DNA of 64,000 bases, from assembly GCA_963727895.1 (NCBI GenBank), contig CAVSHT010000014.1, positions 32,001 through 96,000 on the forward strand, in the 5' to 3' direction. Source of the stretch: an uncultured Methanosarcinaceae archaeon. GTDB lineage: Archaea; Halobacteriota; Methanosarcinia; Methanosarcinales; Methanosarcinaceae. Positions 47,138 through 58,404 of the stretch are shown in pieces. A model generated the notes under the pieces. It searched no databases. It was not told where the DNA came from and saw nothing but the letters and a program-made list of their open reading frames with translations. The stretch's first letter is position 1. Each line of letters starts with the position of its first letter. Both the position numbers and the translations under genes were made by a program.

Positions 47138-47860
47138 TCATGACAGGTGAGAACTGAAAATCGAAGGTTATTGTGTTAATAAATCGGGATCAACACTACA
47201 TCTAGACCTTCCTCATGTAAGACTATGGCGGATTTCTTCCATGTGAGACTGTGGCGGGTTTTTCCAAGTTTCTTCCATGTTTCCCGCCACAATAAATAAT
47301 TTAAACTTTTGTTCAGTAAGCATAAAAGTTTTTATCCATTTTATTCGGTTTATTTTTAAGAACGTATAATTCAGCTGATCTCTTAATGGGATTTTAGCTC
47401 GCAATTCAACATTCTCTTGCAAGCGTATTTTGAATTTAGTTTATCTCGACTATGTCAGATATGAATGTGATAATAACTTTATATTTTGACAGATCATATT
47501 TATTTACAATTATGTCATTAGACCACATTTTTCCTTTATATAAATTCTAATATTGAAAAAGGATTAATATGCTTCTAAATAGAAAATTTAGAATATCTAG
47601 TTATTTATATTCAAAAAAACTTATTCTCCAGCTGTATTTTTATTTGGGAAACACTGGCACAATATCTAATCTAAAAAATAAGACTCATTATTCCTTAAAA
47701 AGTGGACCCATTTTTAAGGACCCTAAATATGTTTCAATAGAGTAAAAAACCAGTGAAACAGGACTTAGAGAATGAGACTAACACAAAACGCTGATCTTCC
47801 AGCAATACCTAATTGATGTTTTTCCTTAGGTTACCTACAACATGGCTTGTGATTCAGTTT

Positions 47861-48049
47861 CATGCGTCTTCGGTTAAGTGAGGAATCATGATAAATTGCC
47901 TCCATTTACACAACAGTTGTTATAAATTTTAACATATTGTGGACTGGAACAATGTATCGGTTTCATGTAAAAGGTTCAAAGTTTAATCGGAATTAAGGAG
48001 CAAAATCAATAGCTTTCAGGCAAGAAAATCCCTTAACCGATGACCAATG
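47861..48049. mobile_element. ~190-bp IS4-type MITE with 10-bp target duplication GATTCAGTTT
   Basis: Flanks 47851-47860 and 48050-48059 are identical. Confidence 0.9.
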
Positions 48050-48172
48050 GATTCAGTTTAAATGTCATACTGAAGGTTTCTTTAATAAGTGCTAAGTTTA
48101 CTGAAAAAGAATAGATAGAAGCTGTATTACGATCATGTTGAAATAATATCAACCAAACTATAGATGACTAAA

Positions 48173-48697
48173 CTACTTAGAGTTCTTGAATTCCCACATT
48201 TCAATAAAACCATCAACGAGAGTATCAAGAAAGCTTTCTTTGTAGCATATAAGCAGTTCGACAACTATGGTAGGATCAATGATTGTAAAGTTACTTATCC
48301 TTCCGGTTTTTTTTCTTTCAATTACTCCGGCTTCAACAAGTTTGTTCAAATTCCAGGAAATGGTCGAAGGTGAGAGGCTAATAGCTGAAGAAAGATCTTT
48401 ATTATTAAGATCAGGATTATTAAGTAGTTGAATAAGAATGTGCCTGCAGCTGAATCTTCTTAACAAAGACAGTATTTTTCTCTCTTTTTCGTTTAAGTTC
48501 TTATCTATTGCAAAATAGCGGACGTAATCATCATCATTTGAAGCTACTATCAGTTTTTTCTTTTCCAGATACTGAAGGTGATACTGCAAGTTTCCCACTA
48601 CCACGTTCAACCTTCGCTCGAGTTCTCTGAAGTGGATTCCAGGAGATTTTGTTATTTGTTCGTAAATTCTCCTTCTTGTATCGAGTTCAATTTCCAT
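48173..48697 (-). CDS. Double winged-helix transcription regulator (ArsR-like)
   Basis: PGIHFREL...GNLQYHL and SPSTISWNLNKL helices. Confidence 0.85.
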   Translation of the reverse strand: MEIELDTRRRIYEQITKSPGIHFRELERRLNVVVGNLQYHLQYLEKKKLIVASNDDDYVRYFAIDKNLNEKERKILSLLRRFSCRHILIQLLNNPDLNNKDLSSAISLSPSTISWNLNKLVEAGVIERKKTGRISNFTIIDPTIVVELLICYKESFLDTLVDGFIEMWEFKNSK

Positions 48698-48704
48698 TTC
48701 AACC

Positions 48705-48974
48705 TTAATCTTTTATAAATATAGAAAGACAAAACAGTGCTAGGATAATAAAATTCAGGGAGGTCCCAAATATTTCAAAATATTCACTTATTTTCGGAGA
48801 AAATATATTACCTACATCTAAAAACTCCATTAGTGAATAGAAAAAAAATGCTGCAGATAACAGAAACAGTTTTTTTCTCCTATCTCGCATATATGCAAGA
48901 AAAGAAATGATAAAAAGAAAGAACGCTAAAAAACTTGATGCTAATTGAAGCATTGAATCTAGATCAAGGGTCAT
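48705..48974 (-). CDS. Small three-helix membrane protein
   Basis: Hydrophobic, directly upstream of the regulator on the same strand. Confidence 0.7.
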   Translation of the reverse strand: MTLDLDSMLQLASSFLAFFLFIISFLAYMRDRRKKLFLLSAAFFFYSLMEFLDVGNIFSPKISEYFEIFGTSLNFIILALFCLSIFIKD

Positions 48975-49289
48975 GGTTTTAACTTATCTCCGGCACTTCT
49001 TATCAGATTAAGAGTAATTTTTGAACTGCATTTAAGTGTTTCAAATAAATATATTGTACTAATTGTTTTCCCTCTGTTTTAAGGAAGTAATCGATATTTA
49101 TTCATCATATAATCACAAATATAAATTTTTGAATATTGAGGCGATTATTATTTTTTGTATTTAGCTAAAATAGTTTATCATACTTTAATGAGATAACTTG
49201 AAATATGTATCATGCTACTGATAACGCTTATACAAAATAAAAACTTCAGGTAAAGTTCTTTATTAATAGTCGGTTTATTTTTCTGATAA

Positions 49290-49331
49290 TTTGAATACTG
49301 TACCAATATTCGAATACTGTACCAGAATCTA
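49290..49331 (+). promoter_or_regulatory. Two 19-bp repeats upstream of the COG4705-dedA genes
   Basis: TTTGAATACTGTACCAATA and TTCGAATACTGTACCAGAA. Confidence 0.65.
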
Positions 49332-49483
49332 TCTATTTGTAAGTATTTATTAAAAGTATATGAATCAATGAATATTTTTTCAAATAATTAAAAAAAGATG
49401 ATTCAAAAATGATATCTAACAACGATGAGAAAAATTCATCTAATTCTTATGAAGTCGCTTCCTCTTTATCATGAAGTCGACAG

Positions 49484-50230
49484 ATGTTGAGTAAGGTTCC
49501 AGAAGTTACAATTTTCTTCTGGATCATTAAAATCATGGCAACAACCGTGGGTGAAACAGCTGCAGACTTCCTTACTTTTAATCTAAATTTTGGCTTGACC
49601 CTCACAACCATTATAATAAGCAGTCTCTTGATTATCGCACTATTCTTTCAGTTTAGATCAAGAAAATACGTGCCAGGGATCTACTGGCTATCTGTTGTAA
49701 TGATCAGCATTGTTGGTACATTGATTACTGACAATCTTGTAGACAACTATGGAGTAGCCCTAGAGACAACCACCATTATTTTCGCCTTTGCAATGGTGGC
49801 TACATTTGCAGCTTGGTATGCAAGTGAAAAAACACTGTCAATTCACTCCATCTACACTACCAAGAGAGAGGCATTTTACTGGTTAGCTATCTTGTTTACA
49901 TTTGCCCTAGGTACCGCTGCTGGTGACCTCACATCAGAAGGTCTCGATGTAGGTTATTGGAAGGCAGCAATCATGTTTGCTACACTTATTGGAATAGTAA
50001 CCGTATCTTACTATCGCTCCAAATTGAATCCAGTGGTAGCTTTTTGGATAGCTTATATCTTGACACGTCCTCTCGGTGCTTCTATTGGTGATTATCTGTC
50101 GCAGCCTCTTAATGCTGGTGGTCTTGCTCTTAATACAATGGGAATAAGTGCAATTTTTCTCGTAACTATTTTGAGCTTAGTTATTTATCTTACCAAGACT
50201 GAAAAAGATAAAAGCCATATTGTGGAGTAA
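49484..50230 (+). CDS. COG4705/DUF347 membrane protein
   Basis: SKVPEVT..FW..K..ATTVGETAAD, REAFYW, TFALGTAAGD, LTRPLGASIGD. Confidence 0.9.
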   Translation: MLSKVPEVTIFFWIIKIMATTVGETAADFLTFNLNFGLTLTTIIISSLLIIALFFQFRSRKYVPGIYWLSVVMISIVGTLITDNLVDNYGVALETTTIIFAFAMVATFAAWYASEKTLSIHSIYTTKREAFYWLAILFTFALGTAAGDLTSEGLDVGYWKAAIMFATLIGIVTVSYYRSKLNPVVAFWIAYILTRPLGASIGDYLSQPLNAGGLALNTMGISAIFLVTILSLVIYLTKTEKDKSHIVE

Positions 50231-50530
50231 AGATTAATCCAACAACATGATCTGCAATTATATATTGAGCACAGTTTTAAATTAAACCGGAAATATGGCT
50301 ATAAATAACTTTGGAAAGTCCTAATTTTTGACTAGTTCATAGATTCCAAATTATGGATCTAAAATTGAGTTTAAAAATCAAAGCTGTTCAATGAATTTTT
50401 CATAAAAACAGATGGACGCGAATAAGGAGTTGGAATAGCATATTCATCTATGCTGTTTGAACAGGAAAATACCAAATTGAATAATTTTTGTCAGCTATAA
50501 CTATAACAAATATGTTGTAGAAGTGTTCAT

Positions 50531-51178
50531 ATGGAAAATTTAACCTATTTTGTAGACCTATTTATGCATCTTGACACACATTTAAGTGCAATAACACATC
50601 AATATGGTCTATTAGCATATTTACTATTGTTTGCTATTATCTTTTGTGAGACAGGTCTGGTAATTACTCCTTTTTTACCAGGTGATTCTCTTGTCTTTGA
50701 AACTGGAGCTCTGGCTGCCAGTGATTCATTCAATTTATTTACTATTTTAGTTGTTTTATGTCTTGCAGCCGTTGCAGGAGATACTGTCAATTATCAAATA
50801 GGTCATTTATTAAGAAATAGAGTAGCAAGCCGTGAAAATATATGGTTTATTAAACAGGAATATCTTGATCGTACACATGAATTCTTTGAAAAGTATGGGG
50901 CAAAAACAATAATTATAGCTCGCTTTGCCCCTGTTATCCGTACTTTTGCACCATTTGTAGCAGGAATTGGAATAATGCCCTATTCAACATTCATCAGCTA
51001 CAATGTCATTGGAGGAATTGCATGGGTAATGTTATTCCTTTTTGGAGGATACTTTTTTGGAAACTTGCCAATTGTAAAGGATAACTTCAGCTTTGTGATA
51101 CTTGGGATAATTTTGGTTTCACTACTTCCAGGTATTATTGCATATATTCACAGTAAACGAGATTCAAAAAGTATATAA
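50531..51178 (+). CDS. dedA: DedA-family membrane protein
   Basis: ETGL...PFLPGDSL, GDTVNY, ARFAPVIRTFAPFVAG. Confidence 0.92.
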   Translation: MENLTYFVDLFMHLDTHLSAITHQYGLLAYLLLFAIIFCETGLVITPFLPGDSLVFETGALAASDSFNLFTILVVLCLAAVAGDTVNYQIGHLLRNRVASRENIWFIKQEYLDRTHEFFEKYGAKTIIIARFAPVIRTFAPFVAGIGIMPYSTFISYNVIGGIAWVMLFLFGGYFFGNLPIVKDNFSFVILGIILVSLLPGIIAYIHSKRDSKSI

Positions 51179-51184
51179 TAACCC

Positions 51185-52569
51185 CATTGGTCATCGGTTA
51201 AGGTTTAGACTGTAATTCTTGCCACTGGTTTTATAGTAATCAAATATATTAAATTTGTCCAATGGTACTCCAGTCCTCCCTTACTCTTGAAAGTATGATC
51301 TGTAATATTTTTCCTAAAACATGGTTAAATAAACTTGCCAAAAAAACAGATTTTATAAAACGTGAACGTAAAATTAAATCTGATGTAATTTTTTGGGTAT
51401 TAACTCTTGGCTTTTATATCCGTAATCAGAGTACAATAGCAGGTTTAAAGCGTCTATATGAAATAGAAGCAAATACCTCGATAAGCGATAGCAGCTGGTA
51501 CTATCGTTTCACTCCAGAACTTGTTGAGTTTCTTCATCAATGTGTAATTCATGGTATAGAAGAACTTGCAAAAGAACCTGGTATAAAACTCAGCAAGAAA
51601 CTCGAAAACTTCCAGGATGTTGTCATTCAGGACAGCACAATTGTTCGTCTTCATTCCTTTTTAGCAGATAAGTTTCCAGCAGCAAGAGCTAAAACAGTAG
51701 CTTCAGGCGTAAAAGTAGGAGTTGTGGTAAGTGCAGTTGCTAACGGACCTAAAACCCTTGCTTTATATTCTGAAAAAACAGCTGAAATAAAAACATTAAA
51801 AATAGGTCCCTGGATCAAAGACCGTATTCTTCTTGTTGATCTTGGTTTTTACAAAACTCAGATGTTTGCAAGGGTTGAAGAAAATGGGGGATATTTTGTG
51901 TCCAGAATAAGGAAGAATATGGATCCATTTATTGTTTCTATAGAAAATGGAATTCTGGAAAAAAAGAGTGAAGAGTTCATAGGAAAACGTGTCAGTGAAT
52001 TTACCAAGCAATACTCAGGTGAGGACCTTGATGCAGTTGTAAAAATAGCATTCAAGAGAAGAGCATATAAAGGCAAGCAAAGAAAAGATGAGATGCTTGT
52101 ACGTCTTGTTGCGACATATAACTTTGAGGAAGAAAAGTACCATATATACATAACAAACATCCATAACGATGTTTTGGATGCAAATGACATTGTAAAATTA
52201 TATGGGGCAAGGTGGAAAATTGAATTGCTTTTCAAGGAGTTGAAAAGTGGATATGCACTTAATGAACTCAATACAAAAAATGTGCAGATAATTAAAGCCT
52301 TTATATGGATGTCAATATTAACATTAATCGTTAGCAAAAGAATTTATTCTTTTGTAAGAAATTCACTAATCGATCCTGAAAAGAAGTTGCGATATACACA
52401 GTTGCGATGGAGCAAAATATTTGCAAGTAACGCATTGGATTTATTAAAACTACTGCTAAAATGTTGTGACGGAAACAGAATTTTCGAAACTTTGATGCAT
52501 GTTTATATAAGTCAAGGTTTAGACCCACACGTCAATAGAAAAAGGTTTAGAACTCCATGGTTTGAATAA
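51185..52569 (+). mobile_element. IS4-family element, transposase 51262-52569; right inverted repeat not found
   Basis: IQDST, VDLGF, YGARWKIELLFKELK (YREK); left end CATTGGTCATCGGTTAAG. Confidence 0.9.
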
Positions 52570-52941
52570 TGGATTGGGCATAAATAGGAGATTGGGGAAG
52601 GATTAATACTACATTTAACTGGGAAAATAAGGTTTAATATTTCTTAAAAAACTAATCATTTTTCAAGGGGTATAATCAATTTCTTAAATAACAGAAATTT
52701 TGCGAAAGGTATCTATATCCAAAAACTACAAATGTAATAGAAAGACAGCAAAATTTTATTTGTAAATGTTATTTTTTAGACCCGTGAGATAAAAAAGAGT
52801 TAAAGGATAAAATTATTTGAGGGCAATTGCTTATAAATATCAAAAAGTCTGCACTAAAACGGAAGTGAGCAAAGAATACTGGATAGTTTTTAATCAACTG
52901 AAAAGAGGTTCTGCATGTGTTCTATTATGGGAGGAGCGCAA

Positions 52942-54183
52942 ATGAAGAACCAAGGGATTTCAGAAAAAAATATAGTTTCAATAAGGTTTTTGTGCATATG
53001 TATTATAGTACTCATTATAATTGGTGGATTTTTGTCTTCGGGTTCTATTGACAATTTCGCGAATCATTTTTGTGGTTATCTTGGTTTAAAAATGGAACCT
53101 CAAGAACAAGAGACAGTCTTTACACCTGACCCTACTTCATTTACCATTCCTTCAATTCCTGAATATTCATCTAAGAAAAAAGAACTTACTCCTGTTTTTA
53201 GAACCAGACTCCAGCCTGGCTTTTTCCTGAGAAGCGATTATCGGATGTCAGAGTTTTTCCAGGGCGGGATGGGATATATGAAAATCAGCATCAAAAACGA
53301 AGGACGAAATTCAATCTTTATTGAGAGATACGGGATTTCAGTTAATGCCTCCAAAAACCAAATTTATTCCAAGGACTGTGGAGTTTTGATCTATCCAGAA
53401 GAAGAGAAAAGTCTCGGAATAATTGCAGTTAAAGTGCCTGAGGAAGAAACAGCCAGTCTTAATATTGTCCTTTGGCTACTTGCCGAGACTTCACAAGGTA
53501 AATGGCATGAATACGAGCCCTATTTTCTTAGAGGATTTACTGTAGATTTGAAGACCATGCCTAAAAAAGTCGACTTTGTTTACCAATATGATCCAGCTTT
53601 TTACTTTAAAAAACTAAATCAATTGGTGGAACCAGCTGACCCTAGTGTCAGAAATACTGCAAACAAGATAGCCCGTTCATACTCAGGAGCTTATAATATT
53701 TATCAAATCTGTGCAATCTTTGACAAGGTCAGAGATCAAATTGAATATGTCAATGATCCAAGAAGCCATGATTATTGGGCACCTGCTAATGAAACTTTAA
53801 AAATAAAAGGTGGAGATTGCGATGACAAGGCAATTCTCCTTTCCTCCATGATTGAAGCTATGGGAGGTACAACCCGGATTTACCTGACTGATACCCATGC
53901 CTTCGCAGCCGTTTATATCGGCAATAGAACCAAGGTAACTGAAGCTGTAGTCAGGGGAATAAGAGCTTGCTATGGAAACGTCGACGTTAATTACCTGACC
54001 GACAAATATGGTTCCTGGCTGATGCTTGACCCTACGGCAAGCCTTTATGCAGGTGGTCTCCCAGGTACAACGGCTCAAGTAAAAATTCAGACCACTGGAA
54101 AAAACGAAACACAAAGGACTTGGACCTTCTTTAAGACAAGTGAAGTAAAAGTAATTGATATTCAACGACTGATATCAACTTAA
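52942..54183 (+). CDS. Membrane-anchored transglutaminase-like protein
   Basis: N-terminal helix; YVNDP, GGDCDDKA, HAFA, LDPT; GGAGG before ATG 52942. Confidence 0.85.
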   Translation: MKNQGISEKNIVSIRFLCICIIVLIIIGGFLSSGSIDNFANHFCGYLGLKMEPQEQETVFTPDPTSFTIPSIPEYSSKKKELTPVFRTRLQPGFFLRSDYRMSEFFQGGMGYMKISIKNEGRNSIFIERYGISVNASKNQIYSKDCGVLIYPEEEKSLGIIAVKVPEEETASLNIVLWLLAETSQGKWHEYEPYFLRGFTVDLKTMPKKVDFVYQYDPAFYFKKLNQLVEPADPSVRNTANKIARSYSGAYNIYQICAIFDKVRDQIEYVNDPRSHDYWAPANETLKIKGGDCDDKAILLSSMIEAMGGTTRIYLTDTHAFAAVYIGNRTKVTEAVVRGIRACYGNVDVNYLTDKYGSWLMLDPTASLYAGGLPGTTAQVKIQTTGKNETQRTWTFFKTSEVKVIDIQRLIST

Positions 54184-54213
54184 AAGAGGATTAGAAGCCT
54201 CTATTATAAGTTA

Positions 54214-55460
54214 GGGTTCATGTCCACAGACCTCTTGCAGTAAATTTGATTTGAATCTTCTGACATATTTGTAAAAACAAATCAACATCTATAGTCAATA
54301 GGCTAAATACTGCAACTTTGTTGAGATACAAAATGTTATTTTTTGCAGCAATTATAGGCGTTACTATATGTCTGAAATATATGTTTATAAATGGGAGGAT
54401 ATCCGAAAATATTTTCCACCTGAAAGAGTGGCAGAAATTCGAGCCAAAATCCTTGAACTGCGAAAATCTGGAAAATAGACCGATAGAGAACTGTGGAAAA
54501 TGTATGGAATGAGCGAACATACTTTCTATTATCTTGTTGAAAAAGCAAAAGACGGAAGTAGAGCAGAAGACTTGAAGGACACGCCTTCGAAGCCTAAAAA
54601 TCCATATCGAAAGCTAACGGATGAAGATAAAGCTGAAATAATAAATCTCTATTTGAATGATACAAACAGAATCGAATCATCTAAACATGCGTTTGTTGAT
54701 GCAATGGAAAAAACAGACCATGTCTTAAAACCAGAGAGAGTACAGCAATTGACGGGATTAATGGATAAAGCTGTGAAGGGAATTCGAAGAATTGCAGCTT
54801 CATTCAATAGAAAAAAGGAGAACAAAGAAAGCTCAGTTTGTGTTGGCAAATCATGGGTTCATCATATTCTTACTATTGCTGGGCTTACTGGAAAACAGAA
54901 GACGGCTATAAGTTCCAAACATCTTCAACGCCCTCAAGAACCATTGAGCTCTTTCAATATGGACTATACTCAACGGAGAATTGGAAATGGTGAGACTGCG
55001 TATGTTTTTGGTGTACTTGATATTTTTAACAGTGGTATTGTAATCCTTGATACCCATAAGACAAAATCAGGTGCCAATGTGGTAGAATCTCTTCACCAAT
55101 TACGCAAAATGGTACCAAAAGATGTTGTAATCGAGATTCGATCTGATGGAGGTTTGGAGTTTAATAATGCGACTGTGCGTGAATATTGTAATAGAAATAA
55201 TATTATACATCATATTCTTCCAAAGGCACATCCGTGGTTGAACGCTTTCATTGAACGAGCAATAGAGACTTTGCAATATGAATTCATAAATTTACAATAC
55301 CATGCAACGTTTAATGATTTTCAGAAATTTCTTGTGATTACTAAAAATGGATACAATTTACGTGAGCATTCATCATTCAACTATCGAAGTCCAGTGGAAA
55401 TATGGAATTCTTCGGGAGTTTCATTGAGTGTTACTGCAAGAGGTCTATGGACATGGACCC
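54214..55460 (+). mobile_element. IS481/IS3-like DDE element; transposase from 54368 with in-frame TAG at 54476
   Basis: 30-bp inverted repeats GGGTTCATGTCCACAGACCTCTTGCAGTAA; FNMDYT, IRSDGGLEF, FIERAIETLQYE; TA on both flanks. Confidence 0.85.
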
Positions 55461-55848
55461 TAACATTGGATTAACAATTCGCTTTATAGATCTATGATCT
55501 GGTTCCGTTGCAAAAAATCTGGCTTTTTACAAATAGCTCAATTTTTCAATTAATATAAAATTCTGAGATATAATTCGTATTATATTATATCATTTAGATG
55601 ATAATAACCTGATAATATAATTTTAAATCAGTTTTCATTAAATATGCGATGAAAATAGAATTTATTGACAATTTAAGGACTTACATTTTGAAGAATCCAA
55701 AATTAAACATTATGAACTTGGTATTTTATGTAGTGAAATTTTACATCAGAAATATCTCAGACTAACCGTATTGTCCTTAAATTGAGTCATCAAATTGAAA
55801 AACTGATTAAAATTGTATCATTGTAAACAATAATGGGAGTGAAAACAG

Positions 55849-56154
55849 ATGGGAAAACAAACACTTGGTAGAATAAAAAAGACACTAGCTATTTTGTTGG
55901 TAGTCTTATTTGTGCTATCAGTAACAGCTGCGACGATAAACGCGAAGACGGAAAAAAGTAATTCAGGAATCAAAAGTGCAACTAAGACTACAGTAGCAGG
56001 CAAAAATGCTACTGCAACTAAGACCACAGTAGCAGGCAAAAATGCTACTGCAACTAAGACCACAGTAGCAGGCAAAAATGCTACTGCAACTAAGACCACA
56101 GTAGCAGGCAAAAATGCTACTGCTACTAAGGTCACTGTGACTAAGAAAGTCTAA
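55849..56154 (+). CDS. Small secreted protein with (ATKTTVAGKNAT)x4
   Basis: Signal peptide similar to that of 22330-22620; 36-bp tandem repeat. Confidence 0.7.
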   Translation: MGKQTLGRIKKTLAILLVVLFVLSVTAATINAKTEKSNSGIKSATKTTVAGKNATATKTTVAGKNATATKTTVAGKNATATKTTVAGKNATATKVTVTKKV

Positions 56155-56346
56155 GACTGTCTTATGATTTTAGATTGTCTTATGGTTTTGGAGTAAATAT
56201 TAACATTTAATTATTTTTTAGTTTTAATTCATTTTTAATTTTGAACTTTTTATTATTTTCTTGGTTTGATAATGACTGTTTGGGTTTGCTTGTTTGTTCT
56301 TGCCCATATCCCAGCAAATTATATGGTTCCGTTGCAAAAAAAATTA

Positions 56347-57019
56347 GGTATTGTTAATTAAATATACCTAATTCTTTATTTCTGTATTTCATCAATAGAA
56401 TAACCGAGTACTTTAGCATTTCAAGACTCTTCGTATAACACTTTGTCTTTCTTCTCAACCTTGCCAGAAAGTGCCTCAATATGCTGTTATATCCTTCAAC
56501 AGTATACATTTCTGCTTTGGATTGAGTATGAATCTTTTCTGGAAGAAACTCTTTATATGCTCTCCAGTGATCTGTCATTACTTCTCCAATCTCTTTTTTC
56601 TTCAATTTTTCCCATAGTAGTTTTCCAGTTTATGTTCCTCTGCTACCAAAAGAGCAGTTGATGAACTTTTTCCCAACTCTATCAACAGCAATCCAGATCC
56701 AGCAATATTTTTTTTGTTACCGATGTAAGTGTGCATCTCATCCATTTTTGGACAGAAACATGACTTACCCCTAAAACTCTTCCTATTGAGCGAAAGCCCA
56801 ATCCTTCAAGATAGAGTTGTAAAGCCTGTCTTTTTACAGAAGCGGAAAAGGCAGTTGATTTTAGCTCTACTGTATAGTTATAGCCACAATCAGAGCATTT
56901 GTACCGTTGACGCCCGCCAACTATACCGTTCTTTTTGTGATTAGAACTATTGCATCTGGGGCAGTTCATGAAGAAATAGAGGTTCTCATAATAAATAACT
57001 ATAGTTAATTATCAAAGCC
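56347..57019 (-). mobile_element. IS1-family element with internal deletion
   Basis: InsA 56682-56969, InsB 56354-56605. Confidence 0.9.
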
Positions 57020-57136
57020 CATTTTTACGATAAGTATAGACTTTTTTTTAAACAACCTGTCAAATTGTTCTAATTTTCTTATTCAACCTTCTAAACGCCA
57101 AAAATTAAGAAAGGAACTGTTCCCTTTCTTTTTCAT

Positions 57137-58375
57137 TTATTCATATCTTAGAGCGTCCACAGGTTTAAGTTTCGATGCCCTGTATGCAGGGACCACTCCA
57201 GAGATCACACCCATAAAGACAGCAAGTGCTAGCCCATAAACCATTAGTCTAGGAGAAAGTGATATGCTTGTCCCGCCTCCTCCTCTCATCATTGTAACAC
57301 CGATCATTGGAAATACAGCTGAAAGAAGAGATCCTAAAATCACTCCAAAAACACCGCCAACAAAGCCTACCATTGCAGAATTAAAGAGGAAAATCATAAG
57401 AATATCTCTATTTTTCGCCCCTATGGCTTTCATTGTCCCTATTTCTTTCGTCTTTTCAAGGACAGAAGTAAACATGGTGTTTGCAATTCCTACAGCTCCT
57501 ACAATAAGCGATACAGCAGCAATTGCTCCCAAAAAGAGACTCATTGAATCAATCATGCTGGTAACAGTACTAGCCATTGATGCTGTGGTGGTTACAGTAA
57601 AATCCTGATCACTTGCTTTATTATCATGCCTGGAGATCAAGAGTTTTTTTACAATTGCACTGTCTGCTGCATCTACAACAGCTGGACTCTGAGCCTCTAT
57701 TTGAATGGAATCATACACGTTTTTTTGCGCATCTGTAATCACGTTTACTGCGGCATTTATAGGCATATATATTTGATTGTCTTCACCTCCACCCTGTGAT
57801 GTCAAAATTCCAATGACTCTTACGGACTTCCCACCGACATCTATTACCTGGTTAATTCCAATGTCTTTTTTGTAGATTCCAGTAGCTACTCCACTTCCTA
57901 TAACTGCAACATAATTATCTGCTGGTTCGAGTAACCTTCCTGAATCCAGGGTAATAGTATTCATGTACCTCCAAACTTGTGGGTCTATGCCAGTAACGGA
58001 AAGAGAAGCACTTTCTGAGTTGTAGCTTATATTTACTCTACCAGAAATCTCACCAGTAATATATTTTAGATCTGCTATACCACGAAGAGCATCAATATCT
58101 TTGTCTGTCAACTGAACATCAGTTGTAGTAGCTCTTCTTCCAAATCCTCCAAATCCTCCAGACTGAGCTCTTGAGTATCCTGGAGATATAGTAATATGTG
58201 CTAAATCTAAAGTGGAAAGTCTGCTCTGCACCTGTGCCTGCATGGCATCCCCCAGAGAGACTATTCCGACTACTGCACCAACTCCTATTACGATTCCTAT
58301 GATCGTGAGCCAGCTTCTAAGTTTGCTGTGCACGAGCATGTTCAGGGCTAGCTTCAAGTAAGTTGCATTTCTAAT
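57137..58375 (-). CDS. MacB/FtsX-type ABC permease
   Basis: RSWLTIIGIVIGV, GIANTMFTSVLEKTKEIG, PAYRASKLKPVDALRYE; the expected start position reads ATT (58375). Confidence 0.9.
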   Translation of the reverse strand: MRNATYLKLALNMLVHSKLRSWLTIIGIVIGVGAVVGIVSLGDAMQAQVQSRLSTLDLAHITISPGYSRAQSGGFGGFGRRATTTDVQLTDKDIDALRGIADLKYITGEISGRVNISYNSESASLSVTGIDPQVWRYMNTITLDSGRLLEPADNYVAVIGSGVATGIYKKDIGINQVIDVGGKSVRVIGILTSQGGGEDNQIYMPINAAVNVITDAQKNVYDSIQIEAQSPAVVDAADSAIVKKLLISRHDNKASDQDFTVTTTASMASTVTSMIDSMSLFLGAIAAVSLIVGAVGIANTMFTSVLEKTKEIGTMKAIGAKNRDILMIFLFNSAMVGFVGGVFGVILGSLLSAVFPMIGVTMMRGGGGTSISLSPRLMVYGLALAVFMGVISGVVPAYRASKLKPVDALRYE

Positions 58376-58404
58376 TGGACACCCCTCCTCAGTATTTTCC
58401 TTTT

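Noticed and set aside
54318..54512. Separate orfA with programmed frameshift
   Set aside because: A better in-frame N-terminus starts at 54368 with one TAG.
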